A stretch of 64,000 nucleotides of DNA from the human T2T-CHM13v2.0 reference genome, Homo sapiens: the NCBI RefSeq assembly GCF_009914755.1, contig NC_060941.1, one strand, 5' to 3'. Of this stretch, positions 30,971 to 46,845 are shown one piece after another; position 1 is the first letter of the stretch; each line of letters opens with the position of its first letter. The notes under the pieces were generated by a model, which was not told where the DNA came from, did no database searches, and saw only the letters and a program-made list of their open reading frames with translations. A program made the translations under genes and the position numbers.

Positions 30971-31056
30971 TGTCTTAGCAATAATAATATAAGATTTTAG
31001 CATATGCAATTGTCTTAGCAATAATAATATAAGATTTTAGGATATGCAATTGTCTT
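30971..31056 (+). repeat. Tandem duplication, 2 x 40 bp
   Basis: tgtcttagcaataataatataagattttag(c/g)atatgcaat twice, plus a terminal tgtctt. Confidence 0.97.
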
Positions 31057-31630
31057 TGAGGACATAAATTTAGTTTCTAATTGGAGGAAATTGGAAAACT
31101 GCGAGCACAATCAGAGTAAAAATAAGTCTACCTTGCTAATGAGTTTTCCCCAGCTCATGGTTAGTAATCAGTAGGTCTTTGCTGACTGATGTACTAATTT
31201 ACAATCTAGTTAGGGACATCAGGTTGACACTTGAAAAACATATTAACTATAAAAGGAAGAAAATAAATACCATAGAAGAAACAGAATTTGGCTAAAGGAA
31301 TCTCAGAATGGAATTCATAGTGTTCATAGACCGAATGGAAATTTGTACTTGAAATGATATTTAATGATACCTATAATATGTAATTAAATATAAAATTATG
31401 TAATGGAAATTATAGAAGATTAGATATTCCAAAGGGAAGGAGCTTAGTGATGCCTGGAAGAATCAGAAGGCTGAATGGAGGATTCTTTTTTTAATACTGA
31501 GGATTTGGATAGGTAAAGATTCAAAACAAACAAACAAACAACTATTAAAACGACAACAAAAAAAGAGAGACATCAGTAGCAGCACTGAAGTAGAAATCAA
31601 AAATGCGTAGAACTGATTGAATGGTTCTAA

Positions 31631-32299
31631 TTTTGGGACACTGAAGACAATTCCCCAAAATATGGTGCTTTGGCATGCTGAGTGCTTTGAAAATTGAAAG
31701 GCCACAAAAGTAAGCTTCAGTATCAAACTTTTTCCCTCTGACCTTCCCCTGCCTCCCTGTCTCTCTGATTCTCTTTCCTGAAACACTGGAAGGGACGTAG
31801 AGAAAGTTCTTGTCTGACTAAGAAAGCTTCTTCCCAAAAGAAATGCAATTGTCTTAAGACCCTCTCCCTAGGGATCTCATCAAACAACCGGGAAAGATCA
31901 GCCACAGAGAAAAGACTGGCAGTAATTGCCATGCCCAGACAGACTTTTCATCTATTCTCCCAAGGCCAGCTCTGAGGGATTACCTGGAGGGCTTGATCTG
32001 CATAAGACAAGCTTTGTTCCAGCACTGTGCCACCCTCATTTTTCCATCCAGCTTCCAAAGAGAATCATTTACAAAATGATGTCAGCCTCCCAGGTCCATA
32101 CATATCTTCCCTACGAAGAGAGTATTTAAGCCTCAACCATCTGGTCCCTCTTCAAGCCTCATACTTTCTGTATGACTTCTGTGCTTATGCATGTTAAATA
32201 AATGTTGTAGTTCTTTTTCTCTTATTAATCTGCCTTTTATCAGTTCATTTTCAGTGAACCTTCAGTGGGCAAAGAGGAAACTTTCCCTCTGTCTCTATA
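31631..32299 (+). mobile_element. MER39/MER34-group ERV1 solo LTR
   Basis: ccccaaaatatggtgctttggcatgctga...aataaatgttgt...attaatctgccttttatcagt...gaaccttcagtgggcaaag; TSD ctaa/ctag. Confidence 0.78.
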
Positions 32300-32683
32300 C
32301 TAGGATGAAGTAACAACTTCTTCAAAAGGTGTGGAAACAGGTGTCTTGGTTGAGTTGCCTACACCAGCCTGTGACGTTGGCTGATACCTTTGTTCAAGAT
32401 CTTCCTTGAGTTCAGGATAGAGAGAAGGCCTCTTTATCTATATGTGGATGATCAGGGTCACCAGAGCAGGTGCCTTTGTACATGCTATGATTTGGATAAG
32501 CTAAAAAGCTCTATGAGAATAAACAAGAACCTTGCCCAAAGATAAGTCTAGACATTTAAAAATATGTCTGAGGATTTTGAGATGTGCGTATATGCAATTA
32601 TGTATGAATTTTGTGCGTGAATATGTGGGTGTGGGCATGCATGTGCCTGTGTTCATGCTTTTAAATTTGCTTGTGTGGGCCCA

Positions 32684-32687
<4 letters not shown>

Positions 32688-32711
<24 letters not shown>
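32688..32711 (+). repeat. (TG)n microsatellite
   Basis: About 12 TG units. Confidence 0.95.
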
Positions 32712-32714
<3 letters not shown>

Positions 32715-33324
32715 CTAGATTACAGGTATGTACAGGAGAGAGGCTACTGAGAGAAAATCACTATGAAGAAAAAAGCACCCAAGTGTGGGCTCAATTCAGG
32801 ACAGGGCAGCCATGGAATGGTGGCTCCCAGGACAGTGCCACATTAGGATTGAAGAAGGCTCTCCTCAGGGTCTCTCTAGTGGCAAACTTAAAAATAACAA
32901 TTTTCCCAGAAGGCCAAATGTTTAGGGAACATTTTCCCCCAGAGGACTCAGGGGTAAAACGAATCTGAAGACCTTAATTATTCAATGTCCCCAAGCCTCT
33001 CTTCCTAAACGTGGAATGGGGATGAGAAGGAATCACTTACAAGAGAGAGAACTGTGTGCTAAATATCAGGAGACAAGTCGCCCAAAATTCTAGGTAATGG
33101 TAGTAAAGTAAGAATAGGCATCCTAAGGTATCAAAGGTCAAACGTGGTCCCCCAAACACCTGACCTGCAAACCTAGGCAGATAGCAGCTCTAGAGAAGAA
33201 GAAATGGCTGGAGCAGAGAGTACGTGGCTCAGTATATTAGACCTTATTTGCCACATAGATGACTTCCAAAAATACTCTTTTGGGCAATGCGATCTAGAGT
33301 TTTTTGTTGATCAAACTCATCCTC

Positions 33325-33460
33325 AATACTTGATAGGGATGGTGGAACCCCTGCCTCCTATATCTATCGAATTAGAATCTCTAGGGGAGAGTCCAGGAAG
33401 TTCTATGTTTAATAAGCACTCCAGGTCATTCTTATCACTAGGGAAGCTTGGGCAGCAGTC
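33325..33460. mobile_element. MER5-like MITE fragment
   Basis: gaattagaatctctagggg...ccagga...tatgtttaataagcactccaggtcattct. Confidence 0.55.
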
Positions 33461-35051
33461 ATTTAAGAGACTTCTAGAAAGGAGCAGGGGTGGAAGGTGG
33501 CAATCTGTCCACTTAACATGCAGAGGCTACTGACGCAGCAGAACTGTTAAAGTGAGTGATGCTGGCTGGTGGAATGTAGAGGACATTTGGGTGACAGTTG
33601 TAAACAATTTCGAGTTGGCATGCTTTGCAGATGTCAGCCTGTATCTGTGGCATGCATTAAACAGACCACAAATCCTGGGCAAGAGGTACAGTATGCCATC
33701 AGCAAATGTATCATAAGTCTTTTTCCCCAAGAATTTTCCTGATGACAGTGGAGGAAACAAATCTAGATATTCCACTGAATCAATGTTGTCATTAACAGAT
33801 TTACAATTTCATCAATGGTATAGGCACTTTAGTCAAATGAACCACGTAGGAATAAGGGTATTAAATCTCTGACAGCGTTAGAAGTTATTTATCTGTTCAT
33901 CTCTCCAATGAATTTATATGTATTTTTCTATTGATAAAAAAAGAAATACCTATAGTAAAATAGACACTTTTTTTTGGAATAACTTCCAGCTTCCACTTAA
34001 ACTACTGTCAACTTTTGAATGGCATTCTAAATATAAAGTAATTACAGTGTAAAATGCCTGGGGGTTGGAATAAAGTGTTCTTGCCCCTAAAGACAGTGTT
34101 TTTACACAGGGCAGAGAGAAAAAGGCTCATGGAATCTCACTGGAGAGAACCTCTATATCTTACCATCCTTGCATTATAGAAAATATGTACATTGCAAGTT
34201 GGAAGTATTTCATTCCTCTAGTATTAATTTGTATTTCCTGCCTTATATTGGTTTGGCTGAAGTTCACATAAACTGCAGTGCTTTGGCCCACCAAGACAGA
34301 AAGTCATTCACGTAAACTTTTCTTTCTTCCTGGAATTCACCCCATTTTCTTCCTTTTCTCCCTCCCCCTTCACCTTAACCCCTCTCTCAGCCCAACTCTG
34401 CCCTTCCCTTTAAAAAAAAGTTGCATTAGTTCTTTACAAGTGAGCAAGAACAGAACCAAATGTTTCACATCTGCTCTCTGAGTTCACGGATTAGCATGAG
34501 AATGAGTAGCCAGTGTTTCAATGATGCACAGTCCAGTGAATGAGAATGGGGGCTCAAGCCTGGTATCAGAGAGCTCTCTGGCTCCTGCCAGATGTCCTAG
34601 GCCCAGGGCACAAAAGCGTGAACCCAGAGTTTTAACAAATCACCTTTCTCTGAGGCTAATCACTCAAGAAAAGGTTTTGTTGTGGGTTGGAGAGGGTCAG
34701 GTTGGTACTTCTCCAATGATCTGTAGCCTTGCTCAACCTCTCTAGCCTTAGCCCTTCAAGGCTTTCTAAAGAGACCTCTTATTTCTTTCCCTCAAATCCA
34801 GGCAATGAGGGCAAAAGCTGCATGCCAGAGGATCCTGAAGGCACCGGGGCAGCGGGGGCTCATTAATCAATGGTGGCCGTGTTGCTGGTCTGTCACTCAC
34901 TCTCTCTCTCTCTGAACAATAAAGACTTTAGCAAGAATAAAATAGCTCAATGGGCATGTACAAGGTCAGGCTTAGTGGCAAGATGGGTCTGGCGCAATCA
35001 TAGTTGGAGGAATCCTGCACTTTTCACAGAGAAGGTTTATCAGCTGTGGGG

Positions 35052-35205
35052 TGGTGGTTCTAAAGGTATGGTCCCTGGACCAGCAGCATCAGCCTCACTG
35101 GGGAACTTGTCAGGAATGTAGATTCTCTGCCCCACCCTGACCTGCTGGGTCAGAAACTCTAGGGTGAGCTCAGCATCTATTATTCACATACCTTCCGGGG
35201 GTTTC
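35052..35205. mobile_element. MER5A
   Basis: gtggttctaaaggtatggtccctggaccagcagcatcagc...ggaacttgtcaggaatgtagattctc. Confidence 0.8.
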
Positions 35206-35328
35206 TACCCCTGGAAGTTCTTCTTATTTCAAACTAAAGAGACTCTAGCCAAATGCCTCTTGGTTTTTTGGACTAATTTTATACCCAGGCCTCAGCCATA
35301 CCTCTTTTAAACTCTCATCCTTGTAGGA

Positions 35329-35436
35329 TGGGGTGACATTCTGATTTGTCCAAGACTGGGAATATCCCAGGATGCAGGGCTTTCAGTTCTAAAATTGAGA
35401 AAGTTCCGGGCAAACTGGGACAAGTTGGTCACCCTA
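35329..35436. mobile_element. MER81-like hAT MITE
   Basis: TIR-like ends ggggtgac / gtcacccta; internal repeats aaagttccggggcaaactgggac. Confidence 0.75.
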
Positions 35437-35674
35437 ACTGAGAAACATGGCCAGTTTAGACCCGGAACCCGTCTGCATGCCTTTCTACCTCACTGTCATT
35501 GCCCTCACTATTCTAGTGGGGTCAAGGAAGATCAAGAAAGAGAGATCAAAGAGACAAACATCAGCCAGAGATCATTTTAATAATGCAATCAATGTGAATG
35601 TATCAAAAGCCTCAAAACGAAACAAAAATAGATCAAATGAAAACAAGTGGATTTTGTATAAAGAAAGTCTCCTG

Positions 35675-35988
<314 letters not shown>

Positions 35989-36619
35989 TTAGAGAAAAGA
36001 TCCAGAAACTTCTTCCTGGACTTCTGATGAGAGAATAGATTATTTTCTCACCTCTCTGTAATCTTATCAGCAGAAAGTCATTAGATCATTTAATTCCTCA
36101 TACTACCACTGTGCGTTCTACGTATTTCACTTTTGACACAGCACTATTTTGCTCAAATTGATCTCCTCAGCTTCCCAAATTATAAAAGTGGATCCCTAGG
36201 CCAAAGGAGAGACTTGAGCATATATATAGCTTGAGGAGTTCTCCAAATTTCAGAAAGTATTCAAAAAGGGAACAGTTGCCTTTGAAAGTCAGGATCTATT
36301 GGCAAATGAGTTCTAGGGTACAAGTGAAGGGAAGGGTTAGTCTCCCTCTGGTTTGGAGGGGTGTTTATGAAAAAGGTATTTGAAGGTCCCAGCATAACTG
36401 CCCTACTTGGCTTAGAGGTTTTATATTGCAAGAAGTGATGTGATCTGGTGGCACTGCACAGTTAGAGAGGCAGTTTTTGGCCCCAAAGATAAGCAGAAAA
36501 GGTCTGATAGTGACTGTGAGGAATATGCTAAATTTTGCATAGTTTAGAATGCATTATTAAATGCCTGATTGAATTTGGGAGTGTTTTGTTTAAAATTTAT
36601 AGAATAATGAGAAAGAAAA

Positions 36620-37040
36620 TTATGGTACAGTAAAAAAGGCATAGATTTTGAAGCTTAAAAAGTTTGGTTCAAATCTTGCCCTTTTACTTAATGTATCATC
36701 TTGGGCAAGTTACTTAGCCCCATTTTACCAGAAATTGGGAATAATAACATCTATTTCAAAAGAGTTATTTGAGGTTTAAATAAGGTAATATATGCGGCAT
36801 ACATTGCAGAGTACGCAGTACACAGTAAGTGCTCCATAAATGTTAAGAAGCAGTGTGATACAGTAGAAAGGGTTTGCAGTATTGCTTCAAAACAGACTCA
36901 GGTTCCACTCCTAGCTCTGGCTCTTTTGAGTATATGGCTTTAGCATTTAACCTTCATCTGTGAAATTTAAACTGCATTTGTCTGTGGGAGAATGCTTTAA
37001 GGACTAAATTAGATTACATACATAAAGTGCTCAGCATTCT
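36620..37040 (+). mobile_element. Two adjacent MIRs
   Basis: ggttcaaatcttg...ttgggcaagttactta...gtaagtgctccataaatgtt; second copy 36850-37040. Confidence 0.7.
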
Positions 37041-37569
37041 ATTACATGTTTTCCCCCTGACCAAACCATGTTAACCACATCCTTCTTTCAACTCCCTCAT
37101 GGATGCATTTGAATTTCCACCACCCTCTGCCATGTACCATTACTGTGCACATGCTGGCTTCCTCACTTCTCTCTAGTTTGCCTTTGTGTGTTTCTAACAC
37201 AGCCTCTGTATGGCAATGAACTCTGAGATGAACTGAGCCTTCCCATAATATCTGGTTATTATGATGACCAAAATCAATTTAACCTCAGAGACTGGGATCT
37301 GGGAAAGGCAGGTCTATAAACACTTAAGATGTTCACGAAATTCTCTGATCACAAAGTCTAGGCAGACGGGGGTGAGGGGAGCGGAGTTTGGGCTCAAGAC
37401 TCTGTTTCTGAGTGAACACTCTTCCCACCTCCATGCTTCGTCCTGCTGTTACTCACCCCACATCTGTGAGGGCTCTGGATGGAGGCTGCTGTCCTACGTG
37501 TAGAATGGGATCAGTGTTGGGCTTCACCAGACCTCTGATTTTTGTGTGTGTATGTCTGCTGTTCTTCAG

Positions 37570-37619
37570 GCAGCAGAGGAAGGAATCCTGGAGTTGGAGT
37601 CAGCCATTGGAGTTGCAAG
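37570..37619 (+). other. Putative 50-nt internal exon (probably non-coding)
   Basis: Branch-like ctctgat, tgtctgctgttcttcAG|G acceptor and CAAG|GTAGGT donor. Confidence 0.3.
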
Positions 37620-38141
37620 GTAGGTGGAACTCTACCACTTCAAGTTGCATGAATTGGGCAAGAACAAGAATAGCCACCACTGCTACCATTCAGGAAGCCC
37701 AGGTGGTCCTCACCACAGCCTTGTGAGGCAGGAGGAAAAGTTGGATACTAAGATGTGGGATCACACTAAGATGTGACTCAGAAAGATTGAATGAACTGCT
37801 GCGTGTCACTTAGCTGGTATGTGGCACAATTAGGACTCTGAGCAAAGTCTCTGTAATTCCCTAATGTCCACATTCAAACCGTTTTACCCATCTGTTTCCC
37901 TCTCTGCAAAATGAAAGAGTTGAGTTCTGTGCTTTGAACTTTAAAAGATACAGTTGAAAGCAAACCAGGGTCTCTGGACTTAAGCCTCAGTTCAGGGTTC
38001 TGTTCCCTGTGTTTATTTGATTCCCCACTTCTAGCCTGGCTCACTCAGAGTGGTGTAAGCTGAAACACCATAATGGTAATGGTAATTAACATTTGCTGAG
38101 CATTTACTGTGTGCCAGGTACTCTTCAAAAATCACAGTATC

Positions 38142-38325
38142 AGACTGGGTGTGGTGGCTCATGTCTGTAGTCTCAGCTACTCAGGAGGCTGAGGTTAGAG
38201 GATCGTTTGAGCCCAGGAGTTTGAGGCTGCGGTGAGCTAGATTGCACCACTGCACTCCAGCCTGGGTGAAAGAGAGAGACTCCATCTTTAAATAAACAAC
38301 AACAATAATAATAATGATAAATAAT
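38142..38325 (+). mobile_element. Free right Alu monomer (FRAM-like) within a MIR
   Basis: Single monomer with gaggatcgtttgagcccaggagtttgaggctgcggtgagcta and an A-rich tail. Confidence 0.85.
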
Positions 38326-39946
38326 AAAAGTATTGCATCATATTGCAACAACCCTCATGTGCAGATGAGAAACAGAGCCACAGAAGTGCTAAGTTGCCTA
38401 AGGTGGCTTAGTAAATGGCAGGGCCTGGTGTAAGACCATCAAAGCAAAGCAAGCTGGAGCTTGCAGAGCATCGGATCTTAGGAAGGCACCAAAATAAGTG
38501 ATGAAAGGTGAGGCCAATTGTCCGAGAATTTGTTTCTTAGTCAGCAAACTCAGCTGCTCCCAAAGGGCTGCCTGCAGCCAGTGTGATTCTGTAAGAGGAA
38601 AAAGGGAAGGGATGGGCTTAAGGGCTGATCTCTTAGCAGCAATTGCTTAACAACCATATCCCCTTGTGTTTGTAAATCATGAGTGGAAGACGATGTTTTT
38701 GGAATAATCCTAGCAGTGATATTTGTTGATGAGCCACTGGCTGCACCTCCTGTTTAGGATGATTCTATGAGCATGAAGTATCTTTGGCTTGCTAATGCCA
38801 TTTCCATTCCAGAATATACCAAACAGTGTCAGGAGGGAGACAAAGACAGGCTCATTCCTCAAGTGTTTTTGTTGCAGCATCACAAGCAGATGGCAGCATG
38901 AGCCCTGCTGTAGTTGGGACAAATTGAACGTATCAAGCACCAGCTCATCAGAGACTCCCTTCGTGCTGTAAATCAGGGCATAAAGCAGCTTGAGGCCCCG
39001 GTAAACTGAACAAGAAGCAGCCCATCACTGATCTCATTGCCCACAAGCACAGGGCCAAGAGGAAGTGGAACAAAAGGCAGGCCCTTTGCAGAATGGAGCC
39101 ATGAAGAGCAGCCCAAACCGGCTTCCAGAGGCCGTTGGACACTAAATCTTGAATCGGGATTCAAGTGCTATTTAGCATGGGTGAACTGGGATTTGAAGCA
39201 GAATTAATTGCCTCCAAATTGTATCTTTCCTTCCAGCCATCCATTAGTTTTCTTTGGCAGAAGGATAATGATACTTCATGAAATATAGCTGCAGAATCTA
39301 GCCTTGTTCATCGCAACCCTAGAATGAGCTCAAAAAAGCGAAAACTTTCAAATAATATAGTTTCCCCAGGGTGAGAATGAATATACATATTAGGTCACTA
39401 TTAGTGTCTCTTAAAACAAAAATGCATGCGTTTGTTTTCAAATGATGGGATTTCAGAAACTTTCAAATAAAATGCTATAAGAGCATGTGTTGTGTTTTAA
39501 ATTGTAGTAAGAAGAGTCTGATTCTGGTATTTGTTTTTGTTGAAGTTGTACCTGCGTTGTATCACTTTCTTGGTGAATGTCATAACTCTAGGACAGGGAA
39601 CTGGGGACAATCAAAGCTGAGACAGTGCCGTTACACAGTCCCTATGTAAGAGACTTCCAGTCGCTTCAGAAAATCATTAGAGACAGTTATGGATAAGACA
39701 TAGATTCAAGTAGATGCTGAGAGTTACATCCATGAAGCCACTGCCTCCCTTAGAGGAAGAATTATGCCAAAATAATTTTAAATCCCTTTGAGGCCATTTA
39801 ACGTACAGAATGAGTAGCAGGAAGATGTCAATGAGGTTTTTAATGCCTGACTGGCAGCCAAATAGAAGCCAGAATGCTCCAGGATCAGTGAAGTCAATGT
39901 GCAGTTTATGGAGGAGCTGAAAAGATCTAACTTGCAGTATGCATGT

Positions 39947-40634
<688 letters not shown>

Positions 40635-42996
40635 CAATATATATAAAACTTAGAATGTATATATATGTTAGAATTTTAAAAAATTCAGTGCATATTTTGG
40701 CTATAAGCAGAAAATAATATTACCTAATTTATGCTATTGCTTAAGTCAGGGCCCCTAAGTCAAAAGCCCACAGAGGGAAGAGAGGTGATGTCCATGAATG
40801 AAGCAATGAATGAAAGAAAGCAAGCCAGTCCAACTCAAGTGCATCGTTGTCGAGATGCAAATCTATTATTATCACATAGATCGATTCTTCTTCTCCTCTT
40901 TAAGAGATCAATTCTCTTTTTCAAAAAAAAATCTAGACATTCTGCTTATTTTTTATGTGAAACTTTAGCAAAATTTTGGCTTGTTAAACATATAAATGGA
41001 TGACCCCATCTGTGTTCCTTATCCACCCCACAGGCTTCCAATGTGAAACATCCAGTTTAAATAAATGCTTTTGCCTTAAGGAAGGATGAAGCAAGTGCTT
41101 TTACAGTTACTGGTACACATGGAATTTCAGTTACCTGTGTCTGAAGTAAGTGGGAACAGAATACACAAGTGTGAGCTAACATGGATTGCCTGGAAGGAAT
41201 CAAAGCCCTCTTCAAAATTGGTCGTAACCATACAAGCCCTTACGTGAAGACAATGTTACCCAAAACCAATATTTTTTTATTACTCTCCCTTTTCCACAGC
41301 TCCCCTTCAAGTTTATGATGTTTTTAGTTTCCTGCTGATTGCCTCTTGGTAATTCAACAGAGAGACATAGTAAGAACTGCAGAACTCTTTTGTTTATATG
41401 TTGAATCAACAGTGAAGAAATCTAACAGCTGACACTCATGTGGGTTCTCTAAAAATAGACCTGGGGTTTTCTAGGAGGATTTGAAATGTGGGAAAGGTCT
41501 GTGAACCGGAAGGCAGGAGTCCTGGGGTCACATTGTGGCCCTGTCATTAAGTTGGTGTGTGACCCGGGAAGTCCCGTCTGCTTCCTTTGCCGTGATGTGA
41601 CTTTGGTTGGGCCATGTCTAAGGCTTTTCCAAGTTCTCATCATCTTGCATATTGACTGTTCTTGTTGGTTTTTAGTGAGGGCTCTTTGTTTGGATGAGCA
41701 CAGAGGTTGAACTTGGGTAGTAAGCAAATTCAGCTTTATTTTTATATATGTCTGCTGTGTGTGAGGCACTGAGCTTGCCATTGAACTAAATGTGTAGATG
41801 AGTAAGACACAGTTATTGCCCTCAAAGAGCCTATAATCTAGCAGATAAAATTGTACTGAGATACTATTTTTAGGTATTATCTCATATTTTCACAATTTCT
41901 TCTGTATTTTCTCTTTTTTCTTCTTCCGGCTGAAGTAAATAACTGGCTCTGCCTTCACAGCTACTAAAGAAGGATTTAATAGAATATTCTAGAAAAAATC
42001 TATAAAAACATCTTTATGATCTTGGAAAGGCAGAGATTCCTTAAACAGGATACCAAAAAAAGCCATAAAAAATATACTGATAAATTTTGAACTTCATGAA
42101 AATTAAGTACTTCTATTCATGAAAATATACTATTAAGAGAGTAAAGGCAAGCCATTGTCTGGAAACAAAATATCTGCAATACAAATAACCAACTAAGGAC
42201 TTATATCCATAATGCATGAGCAACTCCTACAAATAAATAGTTTTAAAAAAGAAAAAAATTCAGTTGCACAGTGAGCAGGAGATTTGAATATGCACTTCAC
42301 AAAAGAAAGTATCCAAAAGATATCCAAATTATATGTTTTATATACATATATAAAAATGTGCCCTTCATGATCATCAGGGAAATGCAAATTAAAGCCACAT
42401 TGTGATATTATACACCAGAATGTATAAAATTGAAAAAAACTGAAAATACAAAGTGTTGATGAGGGTGCATGGTAATTACAACTCCTATACCGTGGGGATG
42501 GAAGGGAAAATTGGTACAACCACTCTGGAAAGATGTTCGGTAATATTTTCTCCAGCTCCGCAGATGCCTAACCTATGATTCCAAAATGCTGCTTGTGGAA
42601 TTCTACTTCATCACAAATGAATGGCTATGTCTACCAAATGACATCCACAGAATGGATCATAGCAATTTTGTTAGCCAAAAACTGGAAATAATCCACCGGA
42701 TAAATAACGTATAGTTTACTCAAATAATGGTAAATTGAACAGCACTAAAAAAGAAGCAACTAATGGCAGCAAAATGAATGCATCTCACATTCAAACTATT
42801 GAGTGTAAAAAAGCGAACAGACACAAAAGAGTTCATACTGTATCATTCTATATAAATAATGTTCAAGTATAAGCAAAATAATATAGGGTGATAAAAGTCA
42901 GAATAGTGGCTACCTTTGAGAGGGTTTGACTGGGAGGACCACCAGCCAGCTCTCTGGTGTGCTGTAATTGCACTATAATGAACTGGATGATGTAGC

Positions 42997-43521
<525 letters not shown>

Positions 43522-43675
43522 GCATAGTTGCTAAAAATGTATTGAGTGATACAGTTAACATTTGTGCGCTTTATCTAGCCAGGCTCTCTAGCTTTTGTTT
43601 TTGAAACACGTATGCAGTGGTTTGTAACACACATTGGGATTTTTCAAGGACAATTTTTAAAAATTACTGTTTGTT

Positions 43676-43980
<305 letters not shown>

Positions 43981-44095
43981 TTAGTTTGTTGGAACTTGTT
44001 CCAGATCAAGTAAATCAGAGAAAGACTGGGGAAGCTCACGTTTGTGATGCGGGAGAATTACTGTTGAAATAGAATAGAATATAAAAAGGATAATA

Positions 44096-44427
44096 CAGTT
44101 ATGCGTCTCTTAATGATGGGGATGCGTTCTGAGAAATGCGTTGTTAGGTCATTGTGTGTACCTTATAGAGTGCATTTACACAAACCCAGATGGCACAGTC
44201 TACAGCACACCTAGGTTATATAGAAAGGCCTATTTTTGCTCCTAGACTACAAATCTGTACAGCATGTTACTGCAGTGAATACTGGAGGCAATTGTAACAC
44301 AATGGTAAGTATTTGTGTGTCTAAACGTAGAAAAGGTAGCATGAAAATACAGTATTGTAATCTCACCGGCCCCCCATCCCGGAAGTAGTCATTGTTGACT
44401 GAAACATCCTTAAGTAGCACGTGACTG
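44096..44427 (-). mobile_element. Tigger3a/MER7A (TcMar-Tigger MITE)
   Basis: TA-cagttatgcg...cacgtgactg-TA termini; ttctgagaaatgcgttgttagg; aattgtaacacaatggtaagtatttgtgt. Confidence 0.9.
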
Positions 44428-44769
44428 TATATAAAATAGAATACACACACATACACGCACACATACTTTCTCTCTCTCTCTCCCCCACCCCCGTCCCCCC
44501 CTCTCTCTCTCTCTTCTCAGGTAGTTCTAATTCGCAGCCAGCATTGAAAACCAATGCCTCAGGGGAATTTCGGGTAGTTATGAGTGAGATAAATAATTCA
44601 TGCACACTGGACAATTACCTTGGTTAACAACAGTAGAAAATGTGGGCCTTCCATCTACACCCTGCAATAACCTAAAAAAGGGTTCCCCTGGGTAGGAGGA
44701 GAAGAGCAGTAGTGGACAGCTCAGGTGAGACTTCAGAGAGGAAGCAGGTGGGGGCTGCTCCAGGAGTGC

Positions 44770-45035
44770 TTTGTGATCTGTGAGAAGTGACCCAGGCTTT
44801 GGACATTTACATTCTTGTGTATTTCCCTCCCACACCAAATCAGAGATGCTCCATGTGACCAATAGGGTAGGGCTGCCGGGACGGTGGGACTTCCAAGATT
44901 AATCATAAAGGGCATTGCAGCTTCCACCCGGGCTCTCTTGAAATGGCTGTCTCTGTGGCAAACTAGTGGCTGTGCCTTGAAGATGCTCAATAGTCCTGTG
45001 GACGAACTCAGATGCAGAGGAGCCAAGGCTTCCTC
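44770..45035 (+). mobile_element. MLT1F/G-like LTR fragment
   Basis: ccctcccacac...tgaccaatag...cattgcagcttccac...ctctcttg. Confidence 0.5.
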
Positions 45036-46359
45036 ATCCATAGCACCCCATCCACGTTCTCCTCTGTACTGTGCTCTGTCAGCTTTCCATGGGCCTCACT
45101 GTGCCCCTTGGCACACCTGGAGGTATGTGCAAAGAGCAATGATGAGTGGACCCGGGGCTCCATGACTTACAGTTATCACAATGCAGATCACAGAGAACTG
45201 TCAGAAAGAAGAATGGTGCAAATCAGCTTATCACCTTCTATCATTTTTTACTACCCATTTGGCATGATTTATGTTTTGGACAGCTCTTAAGATGACACTC
45301 GAGAGATTTGGTCCAGATAAGTGATGCAGAAACTGCAAAAAGGAAAGGATTTTTCCCAAAAAGAACCAGGATTTCAAGATCAATCTATGAAACCTGATCA
45401 CTTTATTTTTAAAATGATCCCTTATTTCTAAAAAAGAATTCACATTTTCTGCATGTGAAAAACCTATTTTCTTATGCTCTGTTCAGAAAAAATGCACATA
45501 GAAATATATATATAAATATTAGTATATGTTAATAATACATGTGCTAAAAATAGTGCTTAATATACTTAGACTTAAGGTCTTTCTGAGGCAGGCATAGTTT
45601 TCTGAATCATTATATTAACTATTGACTATCCTTAAATTGTAAATTATTATTTATTAAAATGCCATCTAATAACAAATGAGCTATGAAAATGTAAGAAGCT
45701 TTTAAAGTACTACTGTACAGGCATTCCATGGAAACCTCTTCTCCATGATTTATGTTTACATGATCCCATTGTCTAAAATGTGAACAATGAAAGTTTTTTC
45801 TTTAAATCTCTATTGCATAAATGAAATAACTCTCACAATATTTTCATTGAATTGATAATGTCATTTGCAGGCCAAATGCACATAATATACAAAATTTACT
45901 GAGTTACATAAAAAAGAATGCATTTAGAGTTATTTAAAGCATGTTTTCATACGTGGACTATCACTTTTATTGTTCCAAGCTGATAAACAAATTTTAAGAA
46001 TTTACAAGTCGTACTTTAGTTATTCAAAACACAGCACACAGAGAAATTTGTGCAATAAATGCTTCTATGGTCCCTAGTGAAATATAATAAACTAAAATTT
46101 TCTTAGCAAAGAACATTTTAAAAGACAACTTCAGAGAAGTTTTATTTTGTAAAACAGGAAGGAAAAGCAGTGAAGATAGTGAGTGTACATAACAATAAAG
46201 ATTGCACTGCAGGATTTATTCTCATCAATATTTGAGGCTTATTCCATGCAATGGAAATAAACTTGTCTCTTTAATTCATTCAGATTTTACCTAACGGCCA
46301 GAAGAAGGCAAAGAGGTAAGATATCTAGGAATCAGGCACTGAATGTAATCAATGTTTTA

Positions 46360-46845
46360 AAAGTATTTCGTGAAAATATGTGTAACCTAAGATTTACTAT
46401 TTACCCTTTTAAATCTACAATTTAGTGGCATTAAGTACACTCGTGTACTTAAAATCACCACCATCCATCTCGAGAACTTTTCATCATTCCAAACTGAAAA
46501 TTTATACTCCTCAAACAATAACTCTCCATTCTCTCTTCTCCCTAGCCCCTGGTGATCTTGTTTCTACTTTCTGTCTCTATGAAACTGACTACTCTAGGTA
46601 CCTTGTGTAAGTGGAATCATATAGTATTTGTCTTTTTCTGATTGGCTTATTTCACTTACCATGATGTCCTCAAGGTTCACCCATGTGTCAGAATTTCCTT
46701 CTTTTCTTAGGTTGAATAATAATTCCATTGTATAGATTTACCTCACTTTGATATCCATTCATCTGTTGATGAACACGTGGGTTGCTTCTACCTTTTGGCT
46801 ATTGTGAATCATGCTGCTATGGACATCAGTGCACAAATATTTAAT
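46360..46845 (-). mobile_element. L1MB-like 3' end
   Basis: agtggcattaagtaca...caccaccatccatctcgagaacttttcatc...gtaagtggaatcatatagtatttgtc...gctattgtgaatcatgctgctatg. Confidence 0.85.

Noticed and set aside
33204-33533. 109-aa ATG ORF
   Set aside because: Runs through a MER5-like MITE and resembles no protein I recognise.
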